Assembly: GCA_964518475.1 (NCBI GenBank)
Contig: CAZFGR010000007.1
Span: 12,350-76,349 of the forward strand
Direction: 5' to 3'
Length of the DNA stretch: 64,000 nucleotides
Source of the DNA: an uncultured Nitrososphaerota archaeon
Lineage (GTDB): Archaea > Asgardarchaeota > Njordarchaeia > Njordarchaeales > Njordarchaeaceae
Under the pieces are notes generated by a model. That model saw nothing but the letters and a program-made list of their open reading frames with translations, was not told the origin of the DNA and made no database searches. Both the position numbers and the translations under genes were made by a program. Positions 40,411 to 50,459 of this stretch are shown piece by piece. Within the stretch, counting starts at the first letter, position 1. Each line of letters begins with the position of its first letter.

Positions 40411-41816
40411 GCCAAGGAGTAAGGATCGTACTATACGGAGGCGTTAACGAAATAGGTGGTAACAAATTCTTGATAATCGATGAAAAGAATGATACAAAGA
40501 TCTTTATGGATTTTGGGAAAAGTTTTTCCCTTGCTAGGAAATATTATGAATTTCCCTTAATTTATCCGGAATCAATTAATGAACTGGTTTCTTTAGGGGC
40601 CGTTCCAGACATACCGTACTTATTCACAAATTTTTATGATGCTTGGAAAGAGAAATCAAAGTTATCAATAGAGATAGAGCCTTCTCCTCCAGTAGATGCT
40701 GTTTTTATCTCCCATGCCCACATGGATCATTACGGGCACATATCTCTCCTAAATAGAAAAATTCCGATCTACATGGGTGCCTGTGCTAAACGTATAATAG
40801 AAACTTATTCGAACTTCATTTACACAATTCGAGGACCAGAACTTTTCTACAGGGGATTAAATATCCAAGACTTCAGGACTGGAAAAGTAATAAATGTTAA
40901 GAATTCTTTCTCCGTGAAGCCTATCCATATAGATCACAGTGTCCCCAGTGCCTATGGATTCCTAATCTATACAAGTGTAGGGGTCATAGCTTACACAGGA
41001 GATTTTAGGTGGCATGGTTCTCAATCTTACTTAACGGACGACTTTGTTAGGGCAGCGAAAAAAGAGGATATTCGTGCCTTATTGGTTGAGGGAACACACA
41101 TTCATTATTCAGAACCAGTTACGGAGGAGGATGTTAAAAAGAAAATAACCGAAGTCGTGAATAAGACGCCGGGATTAGTCATAGCTGATTTTAGTAGAGT
41201 GGATTATGATCGTTTCGCGACTTTCTACGAAGTGGCTAAAAAGACTGGGAGAACTTTGGTCGTTGATCCTCGACGTTTCGCTCTTATGCGTGCAATATCT
41301 CAAGATCCTGGAATACGAATGAGAATTGATCTCAGTGACGAGTCCATAGTGGTTTTGGATCGAGGAAAGAGGAGAGTATCGGCTGGTGAGAAAGAAGTAT
41401 TATCATCACTTCCAGACGATAGAAAAGTGCGTTTAGGAGATATTAGGAAACACCCGGAAGAATTTATCTACACTGTTTTTGTTGGTGGTTTAAAGGATAT
41501 AAAGGATCTTAAGCCTCATGGAGGGAGTATCTATATATTAAGCTCGAGTGAACCAGTAGATGAGGAAAGAGAAATTAGTTTTGAGAAGCTAATGAATTGG
41601 CTTGAGGAATTCGGTGTAGCAATGTATCATATCCATAGTTCTGGGCACGCTAACGCTCTAGATATTAAGAAATTGATAGAAGAAATAGATCCTGAAGTCG
41701 TCATCCCAATACATTGTGAGAGACCAAAACTTCTTAAAAAATTTGTAAATGATAAGAGGAGATGGGTTATACCTGCTGGAAAAGGAAGTGAAATAAAGAT
41801 TCTTCCTGCATCATGA
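40407..41816 (+). CDS. MBL-fold beta-CASP hydrolase (RNase J-like)
   Basis: [30 protein letters not shown] and PIHCE motifs. Confidence 0.85.
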   Translation: MSQGVRIVLYGGVNEIGGNKFLIIDEKNDTKIFMDFGKSFSLARKYYEFPLIYPESINELVSLGAVPDIPYLFTNFYDAWKEKSKLSIEIEPSPPVDAVFISHAHMDHYGHISLLNRKIPIYMGACAKRIIETYSNFIYTIRGPELFYRGLNIQDFRTGKVINVKNSFSVKPIHIDHSVPSAYGFLIYTSVGVIAYTGDFRWHGSQSYLTDDFVRAAKKEDIRALLVEGTHIHYSEPVTEEDVKKKITEVVNKTPGLVIADFSRVDYDRFATFYEVAKKTGRTLVVDPRRFALMRAISQDPGIRMRIDLSDESIVVLDRGKRRVSAGEKEVLSSLPDDRKVRLGDIRKHPEEFIYTVFVGGLKDIKDLKPHGGSIYILSSSEPVDEEREISFEKLMNWLEEFGVAMYHIHSSGHANALDIKKLIEEIDPEVVIPIHCERPKLLKKFVNDKRRWVIPAGKGSEIKILPAS

Positions 41817-42344
41817 ATAAATCTGAGAGATTTCATTCTTGATGCGCTTAAACTCTTCATAAAGATCAGGTGTAAAAGCTACAAGGATTATCTTCTCAAT
41901 AGATGTACTCTTTTTTTCTTCCAGAAACTTTAATATTCCCTCCTTTAACGCATCAGCACCCTCCTTTGCGCTCAGACCCCCAACGCCAGTCCCCATTCCG
42001 GGGAAAGCAATAGATCTTAATCCTGCCTCGTCAGCTTTTCTTAGCGCAGCTATAACGGCTTTCACAACTTTTTCATAAGTTGTTTTCATAGCTGGCCGCT
42101 CCATAGTCGGGGAATGTATAACGTACCCACTTTTCAATTTTCCAGCTTTCGTAATAATGGCTTCGCCAATGGGTACTGGTGCCATAGACCTTGCCTCTTC
42201 CTCGATCTCGGCTCCTCCTTTTCTTTTAATAGCTCCCGCTACTCCACCACCCATTATCATTAAGGAATTGGCTGGATTAACTATAGCGTCGCAATCAACC
42301 TCTGTAATATCACCCCTCAGTACCTCTATAGTTATCGATTTCAT
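41811..42344 (-). CDS. Macro domain (ADP-ribose-binding/hydrolase) protein
   Basis: GDIT, VNPAN, GGGVAGAI and AFPGMGTGVGG motifs. Confidence 0.93.
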   Translation of the reverse strand: MKSITIEVLRGDITEVDCDAIVNPANSLMIMGGGVAGAIKRKGGAEIEEEARSMAPVPIGEAIITKAGKLKSGYVIHSPTMERPAMKTTYEKVVKAVIAALRKADEAGLRSIAFPGMGTGVGGLSAKEGADALKEGILKFLEEKKSTSIEKIILVAFTPDLYEEFKRIKNEISQIYS

Positions 42345-42415
42345 AGAGGCGGCCCCCGATATATTGACAATTTCTACTATTCTTCAAAACCAAAATTTAA
42401 AATTGGCTAAGACCT

Positions 42416-42979
42416 ATGTTCCTTATTTTGCTATTGATAAAGGTGTCTAGAATTCAGACTTTTACAGATATCTCCTTTTATATTATTTTGTTCGGCGTAT
42501 TGCTGGTATGGTTTTTCATGAAGTTCTACAAAGTGAGGGTTCAGAGAAAGTTGTGGAATGAATTTATATCTAATAAAGACAAGTATGAGATAATTTTAGC
42601 CGAGGCAATAAACGATACGAAGCTCTTGACTGAGGAGTTCATTGATACTGAAGACGGGAAGAGATTAATAAAAGCATTGAATAAATTGCCTATGGTGGAA
42701 GCTGTAAGATCAACCATAGTGTTTCTAGGAAGATTCATTATGGCGGCAGAGAGGAATCCTGAAGTACTTGAGGAAAGGGATAGGATACGGGAAAGCATTG
42801 TTATCCCGCTAATGAAGCAGTTTATCTTTATCTTCGCCGTAATAGATAAAGACGTAAGAGAAATTGTAGAAGAACGCGTTAAAAAGGCTGACGAAGAAGG
42901 TATTCAATTGGAAAACATAGTGTCTCCGTTGCTTAAAGAGATTATGGAAAAACTATCAGCGATGGAGATTTCGAACTAA
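42416..42979 (+). CDS. Hypothetical membrane-anchored helical protein
   Basis: N-terminal TM followed by a charged helical region. Confidence 0.6.
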   Translation: MFLILLLIKVSRIQTFTDISFYIILFGVLLVWFFMKFYKVRVQRKLWNEFISNKDKYEIILAEAINDTKLLTEEFIDTEDGKRLIKALNKLPMVEAVRSTIVFLGRFIMAAERNPEVLEERDRIRESIVIPLMKQFIFIFAVIDKDVREIVEERVKKADEEGIQLENIVSPLLKEIMEKLSAMEISN

Positions 42980-43120
42980 AAACCCGTAAATAATGAGTCA
43001 GTTTCCTAGAGGATTCTAAAGTAATAGGCTTAATATACTGAAAAATACATTCAAAAAATTTAAAAAATTTCAAAGCCTACATTTTATTACTCACAACTCA
43101 AGAATTATTTCTGGGTCTTT

Positions 43121-43828
43121 ATGCGGAATTATGACTTAATATTCTATTTCGACAGAGCCGATCGCATTTTACGTTTCATAAAAAGGTTGTCTAAAAGTAT
43201 TGGTTATAAGATTTTATGTGCCGCTAGTAGAGTATCTCCCCGTCATTGTCCTAGAAAGGAGCCATTCTTCAAAACAGCAACCATATTTTATTTCTTTTAC
43301 ACATTACCGGAAAGAGTACCCCTAAATTATGTCATAATGGGAACAGCCTTTGCTGTAATGAATACTCTTTATCTTTATGGGATTCATTCTAGGTATCTCT
43401 GGCCTTGGCACTTGCTAGTTAATGATAAGAAGATTTCTCGAATTGATGTACCAGCTTTTTCTGAGAGATCAATTACAGCAAGGATTTTCATAAACTTAAA
43501 TAACTCCTTTAAAAGTACCCCTTATAGTAGCAGAGTAACGAGTATGAGAGACATTTTGGAACGTAGTGTAAGTGAGTCAGAATTCGGAATTAGATTACTA
43601 GGAAACTTAGAGAAGCTGTATGAGTTCTATCTCAAAGAACCCCAAATATTAATAGATTTCTTTAGCAGATACTCCGACTTAATTAAGAGAAGAATCATCG
43701 TAGAAACAGCTTCTGGTATTCTCAACGGAACCTGTGAGGGTCTTGATAAAGAAGGCAGATTAGCACTAAGTACCGATCGGGGAGTAATATTCCTTAATTG
43801 CACTGATGTCATAAGGGTAGAAGTTTAA
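43121..43828 (+). CDS. Degenerate biotin-protein-ligase (BirA)-like protein
   Basis: 'YLWPWHLLVNDKKISRI' aligns with KWPND...KKIAGI. 'INLNN', 'TSMR' and the SH3-like C-terminus 'GTCEGLDKEGRLAL' are present. Confidence 0.6.
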   Translation: MRNYDLIFYFDRADRILRFIKRLSKSIGYKILCAASRVSPRHCPRKEPFFKTATIFYFFYTLPERVPLNYVIMGTAFAVMNTLYLYGIHSRYLWPWHLLVNDKKISRIDVPAFSERSITARIFINLNNSFKSTPYSSRVTSMRDILERSVSESEFGIRLLGNLEKLYEFYLKEPQILIDFFSRYSDLIKRRIIVETASGILNGTCEGLDKEGRLALSTDRGVIFLNCTDVIRVEV

Positions 43829-43943
43829 TCGCTGAAAATTTTATGATTAATAATCTGAGAAGCTGAAAGTGTTTAAGAAAACGGCACTAATAATAAATCC
43901 TTGCTTTATAGGTGAAAGTGTTAGTGAGTTAAGAGGTGGGGCA

Positions 43944-44588
43944 ATGGATAAAAAAGAGGCTTTAAACAAGATAGCAGAAGAGATTAGGAAGTGCAAAAAA
44001 TGTGATTTGTGGAAAAATCGAAAAAACGCTGTACCGGGAGAAGGAAATCCTGATGCTGAAATAATGTTTGTGGGAGAGGCTCCAGGATTTAATGAGGATC
44101 TGCAAGGAAGGCCTTTCGTAGGTGTTGCTGGTAAGTTATTAACTAGTTTGATTATGGATAAATTAGGACTTGAAAGAAGACAGGTATTTATCACCAATGT
44201 TGTTAAATGCAGACCCCCTAATAATCGCGATCCTAAACAAGAGGAGATAGAGGTTTGTTCTCCGTATCTCGATGAACAGGTTAGAATAATAAAGCCTAAA
44301 ATTATAGTTACATTAGGCAGGCACAGCACTATATATTTTCTCAAAAAGCTAGGAATTAATGTGAGTGGGGTTTCGCAAGTGAGAGGAAAAGTGTTTAGAG
44401 GAAAACTAAATGATACTAAAGTAATAATAATTCCTACATATCATCCCGCAGCAGCTCTTTACAATCCTAGGCTTCGAGGAATACTTGAAAAGGATTTTGA
44501 ACTGATAAAAACGATTTTAGAGGAGATTAAAAGAGATGAAAAATTGTTTGAAATCAAGCAGATACGATTAGATGAATTCTTCACATAA
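43944..44588 (+). CDS. udg: Family 4 uracil-DNA glycosylase with C-terminal PIP box
   Basis: CKKC, GEAPG, NVVKCRPPNNR and HPAA motifs. Ends QIRLDEFF. Confidence 0.93.
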   Translation: MDKKEALNKIAEEIRKCKKCDLWKNRKNAVPGEGNPDAEIMFVGEAPGFNEDLQGRPFVGVAGKLLTSLIMDKLGLERRQVFITNVVKCRPPNNRDPKQEEIEVCSPYLDEQVRIIKPKIIVTLGRHSTIYFLKKLGINVSGVSQVRGKVFRGKLNDTKVIIIPTYHPAAALYNPRLRGILEKDFELIKTILEEIKRDEKLFEIKQIRLDEFFT

Positions 44589-45195
44589 TAACGAGGAGAT
44601 ATAATATCAATCCCATTGTACCTCCTAATAAGTATGGAATATTCAAAACTAGTGAGTTAAATAATGGAGCAGCCTTAGGTGAGAATGGTATATAAGCAAG
44701 ATATGCTATAAGACTAGCATAGGCTATTGTGAGGAAAGCCCTATCTATTAAGCCTAGTTCTTCTTTCTGAATTATCTTCAGGAACGGTAATATGAAGAGT
44801 ATTAAAGCCGCTGGTATGCTAATCAATGAGAGAGCTAAAAGAGGAGCTAAATAGAGAGCCAGTTTTGTTCTATAGTAGTCTAGCCGTGCGCGATAGGTTA
44901 GGTATTCTAGACTATATGCTTTCAAATAGTCTCCAGTAAAGTACTTATAATATCCACGCTTTATCTTCATGGCTAAATTGCCTAAGAGTTCGCGGAGTTC
45001 TTTTCTTAATGTCATAGTCTGTGGCGTCTCCTCGGGTTTCCATATTGGGAGTAGGTAAATAGTGATTAACGTTAATGCTACGCCGATGATAGTTGATAAG
45101 CCGCCAATGGGTTTGCTAAAAAGTATTACATGTACTGATGTTGCGATAATCACTAGCCATACTATGATCCCTAAAATATCCAGAAGTTTTTTCAA
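44581..45195 (-). CDS. Hypothetical membrane protein
   Basis: Several hydrophobic segments. Confidence 0.6.
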   Translation of the reverse strand: MKKLLDILGIIVWLVIIATSVHVILFSKPIGGLSTIIGVALTLITIYLLPIWKPEETPQTMTLRKELRELLGNLAMKIKRGYYKYFTGDYLKAYSLEYLTYRARLDYYRTKLALYLAPLLALSLISIPAALILFILPFLKIIQKEELGLIDRAFLTIAYASLIAYLAYIPFSPKAAPLFNSLVLNIPYLLGGTMGLILYLLVIM

Positions 45196-45214
45196 AAGAG
45201 CGGATTCTCTCTTT

Positions 45215-45424
45215 TTACGCTTGAAAAAACGGGGAGAGATATTTTAGTAGGTACGTGCAAAAAGTAGCGTAGGATATGACAAAGCCGAATCCAGCTAAAA
45301 ATCTAGTAATTACTATGACTAATCCGAGACTAAAGGATATCAATAGAACAGAAGGACCCAAGTAATAAGACACTATCAGAATTAAAAAGGCTATTGCTAG
45401 TACTGTCCAATACTGTCGCTCCAT
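45215..45424 (-). CDS. Small hypothetical membrane protein
   Basis: ATG after GAGGGA; hydrophobic 69-aa product. Confidence 0.45.
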   Translation of the reverse strand: MERQYWTVLAIAFLILIVSYYLGPSVLLISFSLGLVIVITRFLAGFGFVISYATFCTYLLKYLSPFFQA

Positions 45425-45608
45425 AAAATTTTCCCTCGATCTAGCATTAAAAAGATAGGGCAATAGTGAATTAGTATGTGTTATCCCAGGTCTTTAGTTT
45501 TCAATTCAAGTTCTTCCCTAAAATATAGAAGATATTATGAATAATAGATATCTGTACCATTTTTAGATGAATCGCTTGTCGCTCCTCTGGGTGTTTTATT
45601 CTTAACTG

Positions 45609-45639
45609 GTGATGAAACCTAGGGACGCTGATTCGATGA
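45609..45639 (+). ncRNA. Partial/atypical box C/D sRNA candidate
   Basis: GTGATGA-aacctagggacg-CTGA-ttc-GATGA. The second guide and D box are unclear. Confidence 0.45.
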
Positions 45640-45743
45640 GGAAAGAAAAAAAATGAATGATCTCTAATAGGTAAAATGAAAAACAAAATAATAATAAATT
45701 CTCTTCACTGTTATGGTATATTGTATCGATATACTAAGCACAC

Positions 45744-45816
45744 TCAGCTTTGATCGGGGGGTGGATTTAGACCCTTATGGGGATGATAGAGACCTCCGGG
45801 GCTGATCGGATGATGC
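45744..45816 (+). ncRNA. Atypical C/D-like K-turn sRNA, antisense to initiator-tRNA-like sequence
   Basis: cggggggtggatt-TAGA-ccc-ttat-ggg-g-ATGATAG-agacctccgggg-CTGA-tcgg-ATGATGC, followed by a T-rich tract. Confidence 0.55.
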
Positions 45817-45849
45817 CTTTCTTTTTCACTTTCTATGGTGCATTAAGAA

Positions 45850-46638
45850 ATGAATTGCGATAAGAATACGGTCATGAATATTGCGGGCTGGAAAGATTAT
45901 TCATTAGTAGATGTCTTAGGTTATCCTTCATTTACGGTCTGGTTCAGCTTTTGTAATTTTAAATGCCCATGGTGCCAAAACTGGCCTGTTGTTAGTGGAG
46001 TTGAAAATAAAGAGGTTAGCGTTGGAGAACTTATTGAAATCATTGAGGAATCCGCAATTTTAGTTGATTTTCTTCACGTGACTGGCGGAGAGCCTACTTT
46101 GCAAAGTTCTGCATTAAAGGCTCTCTACGCATGTGTTAGGGAAAAGGATATTCTTAAGAATTCATTAAATACGAATGGTTCTCACCCAGAAGTGATTAGA
46201 GAGCTAGCAACGAAGGGTTTACTGGATCATATCGCTATTGATGTAAAAGCCCCTCTTTATAATCCTAGCCTATATGCTAGAGTGATTGGCTTTGAAGTTG
46301 CTGGAGACGTTCCTGATAAAGTTAGAGAAAGTATAATAATTTCTCTTGAGAAAATAGATTTTGTAGAGCTGAGAACTACCTTTGTTCCTTCCCTATTAAG
46401 TATTGACGATTTGGTGCAGATTGCTCAAGAATTAAAGGATTTGGGTTGTGGTGATTATTGCTATTATGTGATACAGCAGTTTAATCCTAGCGATACTATA
46501 CGTGATGCTACATATAGACAAGCTAAGAGAGTATTAGAGAGAGACCTCATAACCATTGCCAAGAAGGTTAAAAAACAAAGTACATTGAAGAATGTTTATA
46601 TCCGGACACTGGAGGGTGGGACTAAGGTTATTGAGTAA
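45850..46638 (+). CDS. nrdG: Anaerobic RNR activating radical SAM enzyme (NrdG2-type)
   Basis: SLVD, CNFKCPWCQN, TGGEPTLQ, NTNGS, DVKAP, ELRTT and QQF motifs. Confidence 0.85.
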   Translation: MNCDKNTVMNIAGWKDYSLVDVLGYPSFTVWFSFCNFKCPWCQNWPVVSGVENKEVSVGELIEIIEESAILVDFLHVTGGEPTLQSSALKALYACVREKDILKNSLNTNGSHPEVIRELATKGLLDHIAIDVKAPLYNPSLYARVIGFEVAGDVPDKVRESIIISLEKIDFVELRTTFVPSLLSIDDLVQIAQELKDLGCGDYCYYVIQQFNPSDTIRDATYRQAKRVLERDLITIAKKVKKQSTLKNVYIRTLEGGTKVIE

Positions 46639-47101
46639 GTAATTGAATTATTTTCTCGAACAAAAGATTAATGTTTTCTCCAGTTAGGGCAGATGTCTTT
46701 ATGAATTCTTTTACGGGCAATCCGGCTTTTTCTAGTGCCTCTCGAACTTCTTCTTCAGAGACTTGTTCTCCAAGGTCTTTCTTATTACCTACGACAACTA
46801 CATGTGAGGTATTCTTTACGTATTGTTGAAGCAGATTCGACCATTTCTGCAGACTTTCTAAAGAGGCTTTATTCGATATATCGAATACTAAAACGATAAC
46901 TCTTGCCCCGATTAGGTATTGGGGGATATATGAACTAAATTTTGGTTGACCGCTTAGATCCCATATGATCAGGTTACTTTTCTGAGGGATTTTGAAGACT
47001 TCGACACCAAGTGTTGAATTCTCAGAGAGTTCCATGCCAAGATATTTTCTGATAATAGATGTTTTCCCCACCCCAGCATCGCCGATAAATACTATCTTCA
47101 T
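46628..47101 (-). CDS. Rab/Ras-like small GTPase
   Basis: G1 GDAGVGKT, G2 STLG, G3 WDLSGQ, G4 NKKD, G5 TSA. Confidence 0.92.
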   Translation of the reverse strand: MKIVFIGDAGVGKTSIIRKYLGMELSENSTLGVEVFKIPQKSNLIIWDLSGQPKFSSYIPQYLIGARVIVLVFDISNKASLESLQKWSNLLQQYVKNTSHVVVVGNKKDLGEQVSEEEVREALEKAGLPVKEFIKTSALTGENINLLFEKIIQLLTQ

Positions 47102-47380
47102 TTGAAACCCTCGTAATAGTCATTGGGGGGAGTTAAGCTGTATGATTTATTATTTTGGATGAGGTTTGGTGAATAGGAAAAAATATTTCTTCTAGTGGAT
47201 ACCTTTACATAGCTATAAACGTCTCCTAATTTTTGGGATAAAAATTTAATAGTAATTAAGATGTTGATTTTTCATAGATGGTATAATTGCGATGTTCGGT
47301 ATCCTTAATTATAACGGCGTTTTATGTAGGTATCGGATCTTTTGTAGCTTTGTCCATTTAGCAGACTAGTTTGGATTCAT

Positions 47381-48478
47381 ATGGCAATAAGTAAATTCAT
47401 CAATGGGTTTCCCATAGGACAAGATGGTAGATTGCACATCATCAAGATACCTTCTATAGTAGTTGTCGGGGAAGGAGCTATAGAAAAGGTTCCAGACGTC
47501 GTGGAGAAATTAGGTATAGATCGCGTCTTAATGGTCACAGGAACCACCACATGGAATATCGCTGGTAATCTAGTATTTAGACTTCTAAAGGAACAAGGAG
47601 TCAAAACTTTTGTCCACTATGTAAAGATACCATCCATGAGTGCGGTGGAGCCTGCTGTATCGTTCTATTACGAGAATGGGGGATTCGATGTTGTGATAGG
47701 AGTTGGCGGAGGAAAAAATCTTGATGTAGGAAAAGTCATTGCAAAGAAGACAAACTCGCTTTTCATAAGTGTACCAACAACTTCATCGCATGATGGGATA
47801 GCATCTCCTTTTGCCTCATTAATAGAGAGGAAGGGTAAATACTCATTAATAGCCGCAACACCTATCGCTGTAATTGCAGATACGGAAATTATCGCGAATG
47901 AGCCTACGAGATTCTTTAGAGCTGGCGTGGGAGATGTTATTGCCAACATCAATGCTGTTGAAGACTGGAAACTCGCTCGTGATGTAGTGGGTGAATATTA
48001 TGGAGAATACGCGGCAAATCTAGCAGTTATGAGCGCCATGCATTTGATAAAAAATATCAACGACCTTTTAGAGGACCGGGTGAAAGCTGTTAGAACGCTT
48101 ATAGAAGCTCTGATAAGTAGTGGAATAGCAATGGGTATTGCGGGGTCTAGTAGGCCTGGAAGCGGAGCTGAACACCTGTTTTCTCATGCATTAGATGGGC
48201 TTGCTAAACAACCAGCACTTCACGGGGAGCAATGTGCTCTTGGAACAGTGATGATGCTATACTATAGAGGAGATGATAGATGGACAGAAATTAGAGACTA
48301 CTTACTAACATTAGGGCTTAAACTGAAGGCCTCATCTCTGGGCTTAACACAAGCAGAGATTATTGAGGCTTTAATAAGAGCTCCAAGCATAAGGCCGGAT
48401 AGATATACGATTCTTCATCATAAGCCATTAACGCCTTATCTCGCTAAACAATTGGCAAAAGAAACAGGCGTTATTTGA
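47381..48478 (+). CDS. egsA: sn-glycerol-1-phosphate dehydrogenase
   Basis: GVGGGKNLD, PTTSSHDGIAS, SSRPGSGAEHLFSH, LHGEQ and RPDRYTIL motifs. Confidence 0.95.
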   Translation: MAISKFINGFPIGQDGRLHIIKIPSIVVVGEGAIEKVPDVVEKLGIDRVLMVTGTTTWNIAGNLVFRLLKEQGVKTFVHYVKIPSMSAVEPAVSFYYENGGFDVVIGVGGGKNLDVGKVIAKKTNSLFISVPTTSSHDGIASPFASLIERKGKYSLIAATPIAVIADTEIIANEPTRFFRAGVGDVIANINAVEDWKLARDVVGEYYGEYAANLAVMSAMHLIKNINDLLEDRVKAVRTLIEALISSGIAMGIAGSSRPGSGAEHLFSHALDGLAKQPALHGEQCALGTVMMLYYRGDDRWTEIRDYLLTLGLKLKASSLGLTQAEIIEALIRAPSIRPDRYTILHHKPLTPYLAKQLAKETGVI

Positions 48479-48517
48479 TGAGAGAGTGGATAATGTAGAA
48501 AAAATTGGTGATCATTT

Positions 48518-49225
48518 TTAAATTTTCTCTATAAGGAGCTTCATACCTATCTCTTCAGCTGATTTTTTAGCTTTGTCGCTAATATAGCTACACACAATCA
48601 TTAGCTCAGGCCTTATGTTAAGTTTCTTCTCATAGAGTTTCCCTAGTCTATAAAGCATTCCCACATCACTTTCTCTTACAACGGATCTTATGAGGATAAT
48701 TACATGCTTATTATCTTTTATCATGAGATCAGCAGAAACTGTAGAGGGATGACCCAGTACGAATCCTTCACTATCAAATGTTTCCCATTTCCTTATCCGT
48801 GTTCCAAATCGCTCTGAGAGCAGTTTAAGAGCTATTTCACGATAAGCCTCATCCGTTATTGGTAATTTTCTCTCACCAAGTGCTTCTACATCCTTTACTA
48901 ACTTTTCAAGTTTCTTTTCCATGCCTTTGATGGTGCGTAAAAGTTCCTCTATTTGTTTACTATTGTCAAGTGTCTGGATATGAGTTTCCCCGAGACGACG
49001 TTCCAAGTCCCCCAATATATTCTCGATCTCCGTGATCTTTATCCGAATATCATTCTTTAGCTTAGTAACAATGTTTACTAAGCTTACGAAATCTTCTCTA
49101 GTGAGAACTTCCCCTTTGAGAGCCTCAACTAATTCCTTACGGAAACCCGCATCATTCCTAATCATCGCTGGTATCTCTCTTCGTAGGTTCTCTAACAACT
49201 GTTGGATATCTGTAGGGAAACTCAT
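48518..49225 (-). CDS. Coiled-coil + DUF3782-like PD-(D/E)xK domain protein
   Basis: Heptad region, then WETFDSEGFVLGHPSTV..D..IKD..LYEKK..A+KSAEEIG. Confidence 0.7.
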   Translation of the reverse strand: MSFPTDIQQLLENLRREIPAMIRNDAGFRKELVEALKGEVLTREDFVSLVNIVTKLKNDIRIKITEIENILGDLERRLGETHIQTLDNSKQIEELLRTIKGMEKKLEKLVKDVEALGERKLPITDEAYREIALKLLSERFGTRIRKWETFDSEGFVLGHPSTVSADLMIKDNKHVIILIRSVVRESDVGMLYRLGKLYEKKLNIRPELMIVCSYISDKAKKSAEEIGMKLLIEKI

Positions 49226-49480
49226 AAATAATCCCCTTAAGGATTCGCAAAGAATGAAACACCTTATTTACAATTAAAATTATTCCTTAAAATATTATTA
49301 CCACAGATAATTCATACAAAATCCTAAATATCCGATGTTTTTAAGGAACCTAGGCATTACAGTGTATTAGTTAATTCATCATTAAATGAAACGTACTTTC
49401 GATACCTATGCATCTTCATTATAACTTGAAGTAGATATTACTATAATATCTTCTGAATAGCTTTAATTGGGTGAATAGAG

Positions 49481-49861
49481 ATGGTAGAGATTATATCTAC
49501 CGATAAAGCTCCCCGACCTGTAGGGCCATATAGTCAGGCGATTAAAGCTGGTCCCTTCCTTTTCATATCTGGTCAAATCCCTATAGACCCGTCTACAAAC
49601 GAGGTTATTAAGGGAGATATCAGGGCTCAGACTCGTAGAGTCCTTGATAATATTAAAGCTATCTTAGAAGCTGCTGGATATTCATTAAAAGATGTTGTAT
49701 CTGTTACCGTCTTTCTAAAAGATCTTAAGCTATTTAGCGAATTTAATGAAGTGTATGCAGAATACTTCCCAGAAAATCCCCCAACGCGAACCACTGTTGA
49801 AGTATCTAATCTTCCAAAGGGAGTACTTATAGAGATGAATGCAATCGCCTATAAGGAATAA
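49481..49861 (+). CDS. ridA: RidA (YjgF/YER057c/UK114) imine deaminase
   Basis: [21 protein letters not shown] and PTRTTVEV motifs. Confidence 0.95.
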   Translation: MVEIISTDKAPRPVGPYSQAIKAGPFLFISGQIPIDPSTNEVIKGDIRAQTRRVLDNIKAILEAAGYSLKDVVSVTVFLKDLKLFSEFNEVYAEYFPENPPTRTTVEVSNLPKGVLIEMNAIAYKE

Positions 49862-49869
49862 AATGTAGG

Positions 49870-50298
49870 ATGATAAGGATGCCAATACCCTTTCTTCCAG
49901 GAGTAAAAGTTATCGCTGTAGTCGGTGCTTCCCGTAATCCAGAAAAGTGGGGATACAAGGTATTCGTGACCCTTAAAGAAAAGTATCCAGACACAAAAGT
50001 ATATCCAATAAATCCAAATGCCACAGAAATTGCTGGAGAAAAGGCCTACCCCTCACTAAAAGATTTACCAGAAAAACCAGATCTAGTAGTCACGGTCGTT
50101 CCTCCAACCCTAACCGAAAAAATCGTTAAAGAAGCTAAAGAACTGGGCGTAAAGGCTATCTGGATGCAACCCGGTAGTGAATCAGAAAAAGCAATTAAAG
50201 AAGCAGAAGCCGCTGGAATAAAAGTATATCATCACACATGTATTGTCCAGTCAAGCGAGGCAGGAAAAATTATTCCCTTCAAATTCTCACGCGAATAA
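49870..50298 (+). CDS. CoA-binding protein (YccU-like)
   Basis: AVVGASRNPEK, YPINP and WMQPG motifs. Confidence 0.9.
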   Translation: MIRMPIPFLPGVKVIAVVGASRNPEKWGYKVFVTLKEKYPDTKVYPINPNATEIAGEKAYPSLKDLPEKPDLVVTVVPPTLTEKIVKEAKELGVKAIWMQPGSESEKAIKEAEAAGIKVYHHTCIVQSSEAGKIIPFKFSRE

Positions 50299-50303
50299 AA
50301 AAA

Positions 50304-50356
50304 TCAGAGACTAGGGTCCCTCATCATCTTTACTCAGATACGCCCGCACTCATCAC
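50304..50356 (-). ncRNA. Canonical box C/D guide sRNA
   Basis: GTGATGA-gtgcgggcgtat-CTGA-gtaaag-ATGATGA-gggaccctagtct-CTGA followed by a T-tract. Confidence 0.92.
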
Positions 50357-50459
50357 ATCATGAAAAACTCATTTACAGTATCTATCACTAATTTTTTACC
50401 TCAAATATTCCATAAAAATGATACTTAATACAGCTTTATTATTGTTACCAGAAAAATAT

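Noticed and set aside
44581-45463. Single frameshifted membrane gene from the two adjacent ORFs
   Set aside because: They are in different frames and each has a plausible start. There is no homology evidence to join them.
45744-45816. tRNA gene or split-tRNA half on the minus strand
   Set aside because: Only two short tRNA-like blocks are present, separated by non-tRNA sequence. There is no cloverleaf or BHB motif, and the box motifs are on the plus strand.
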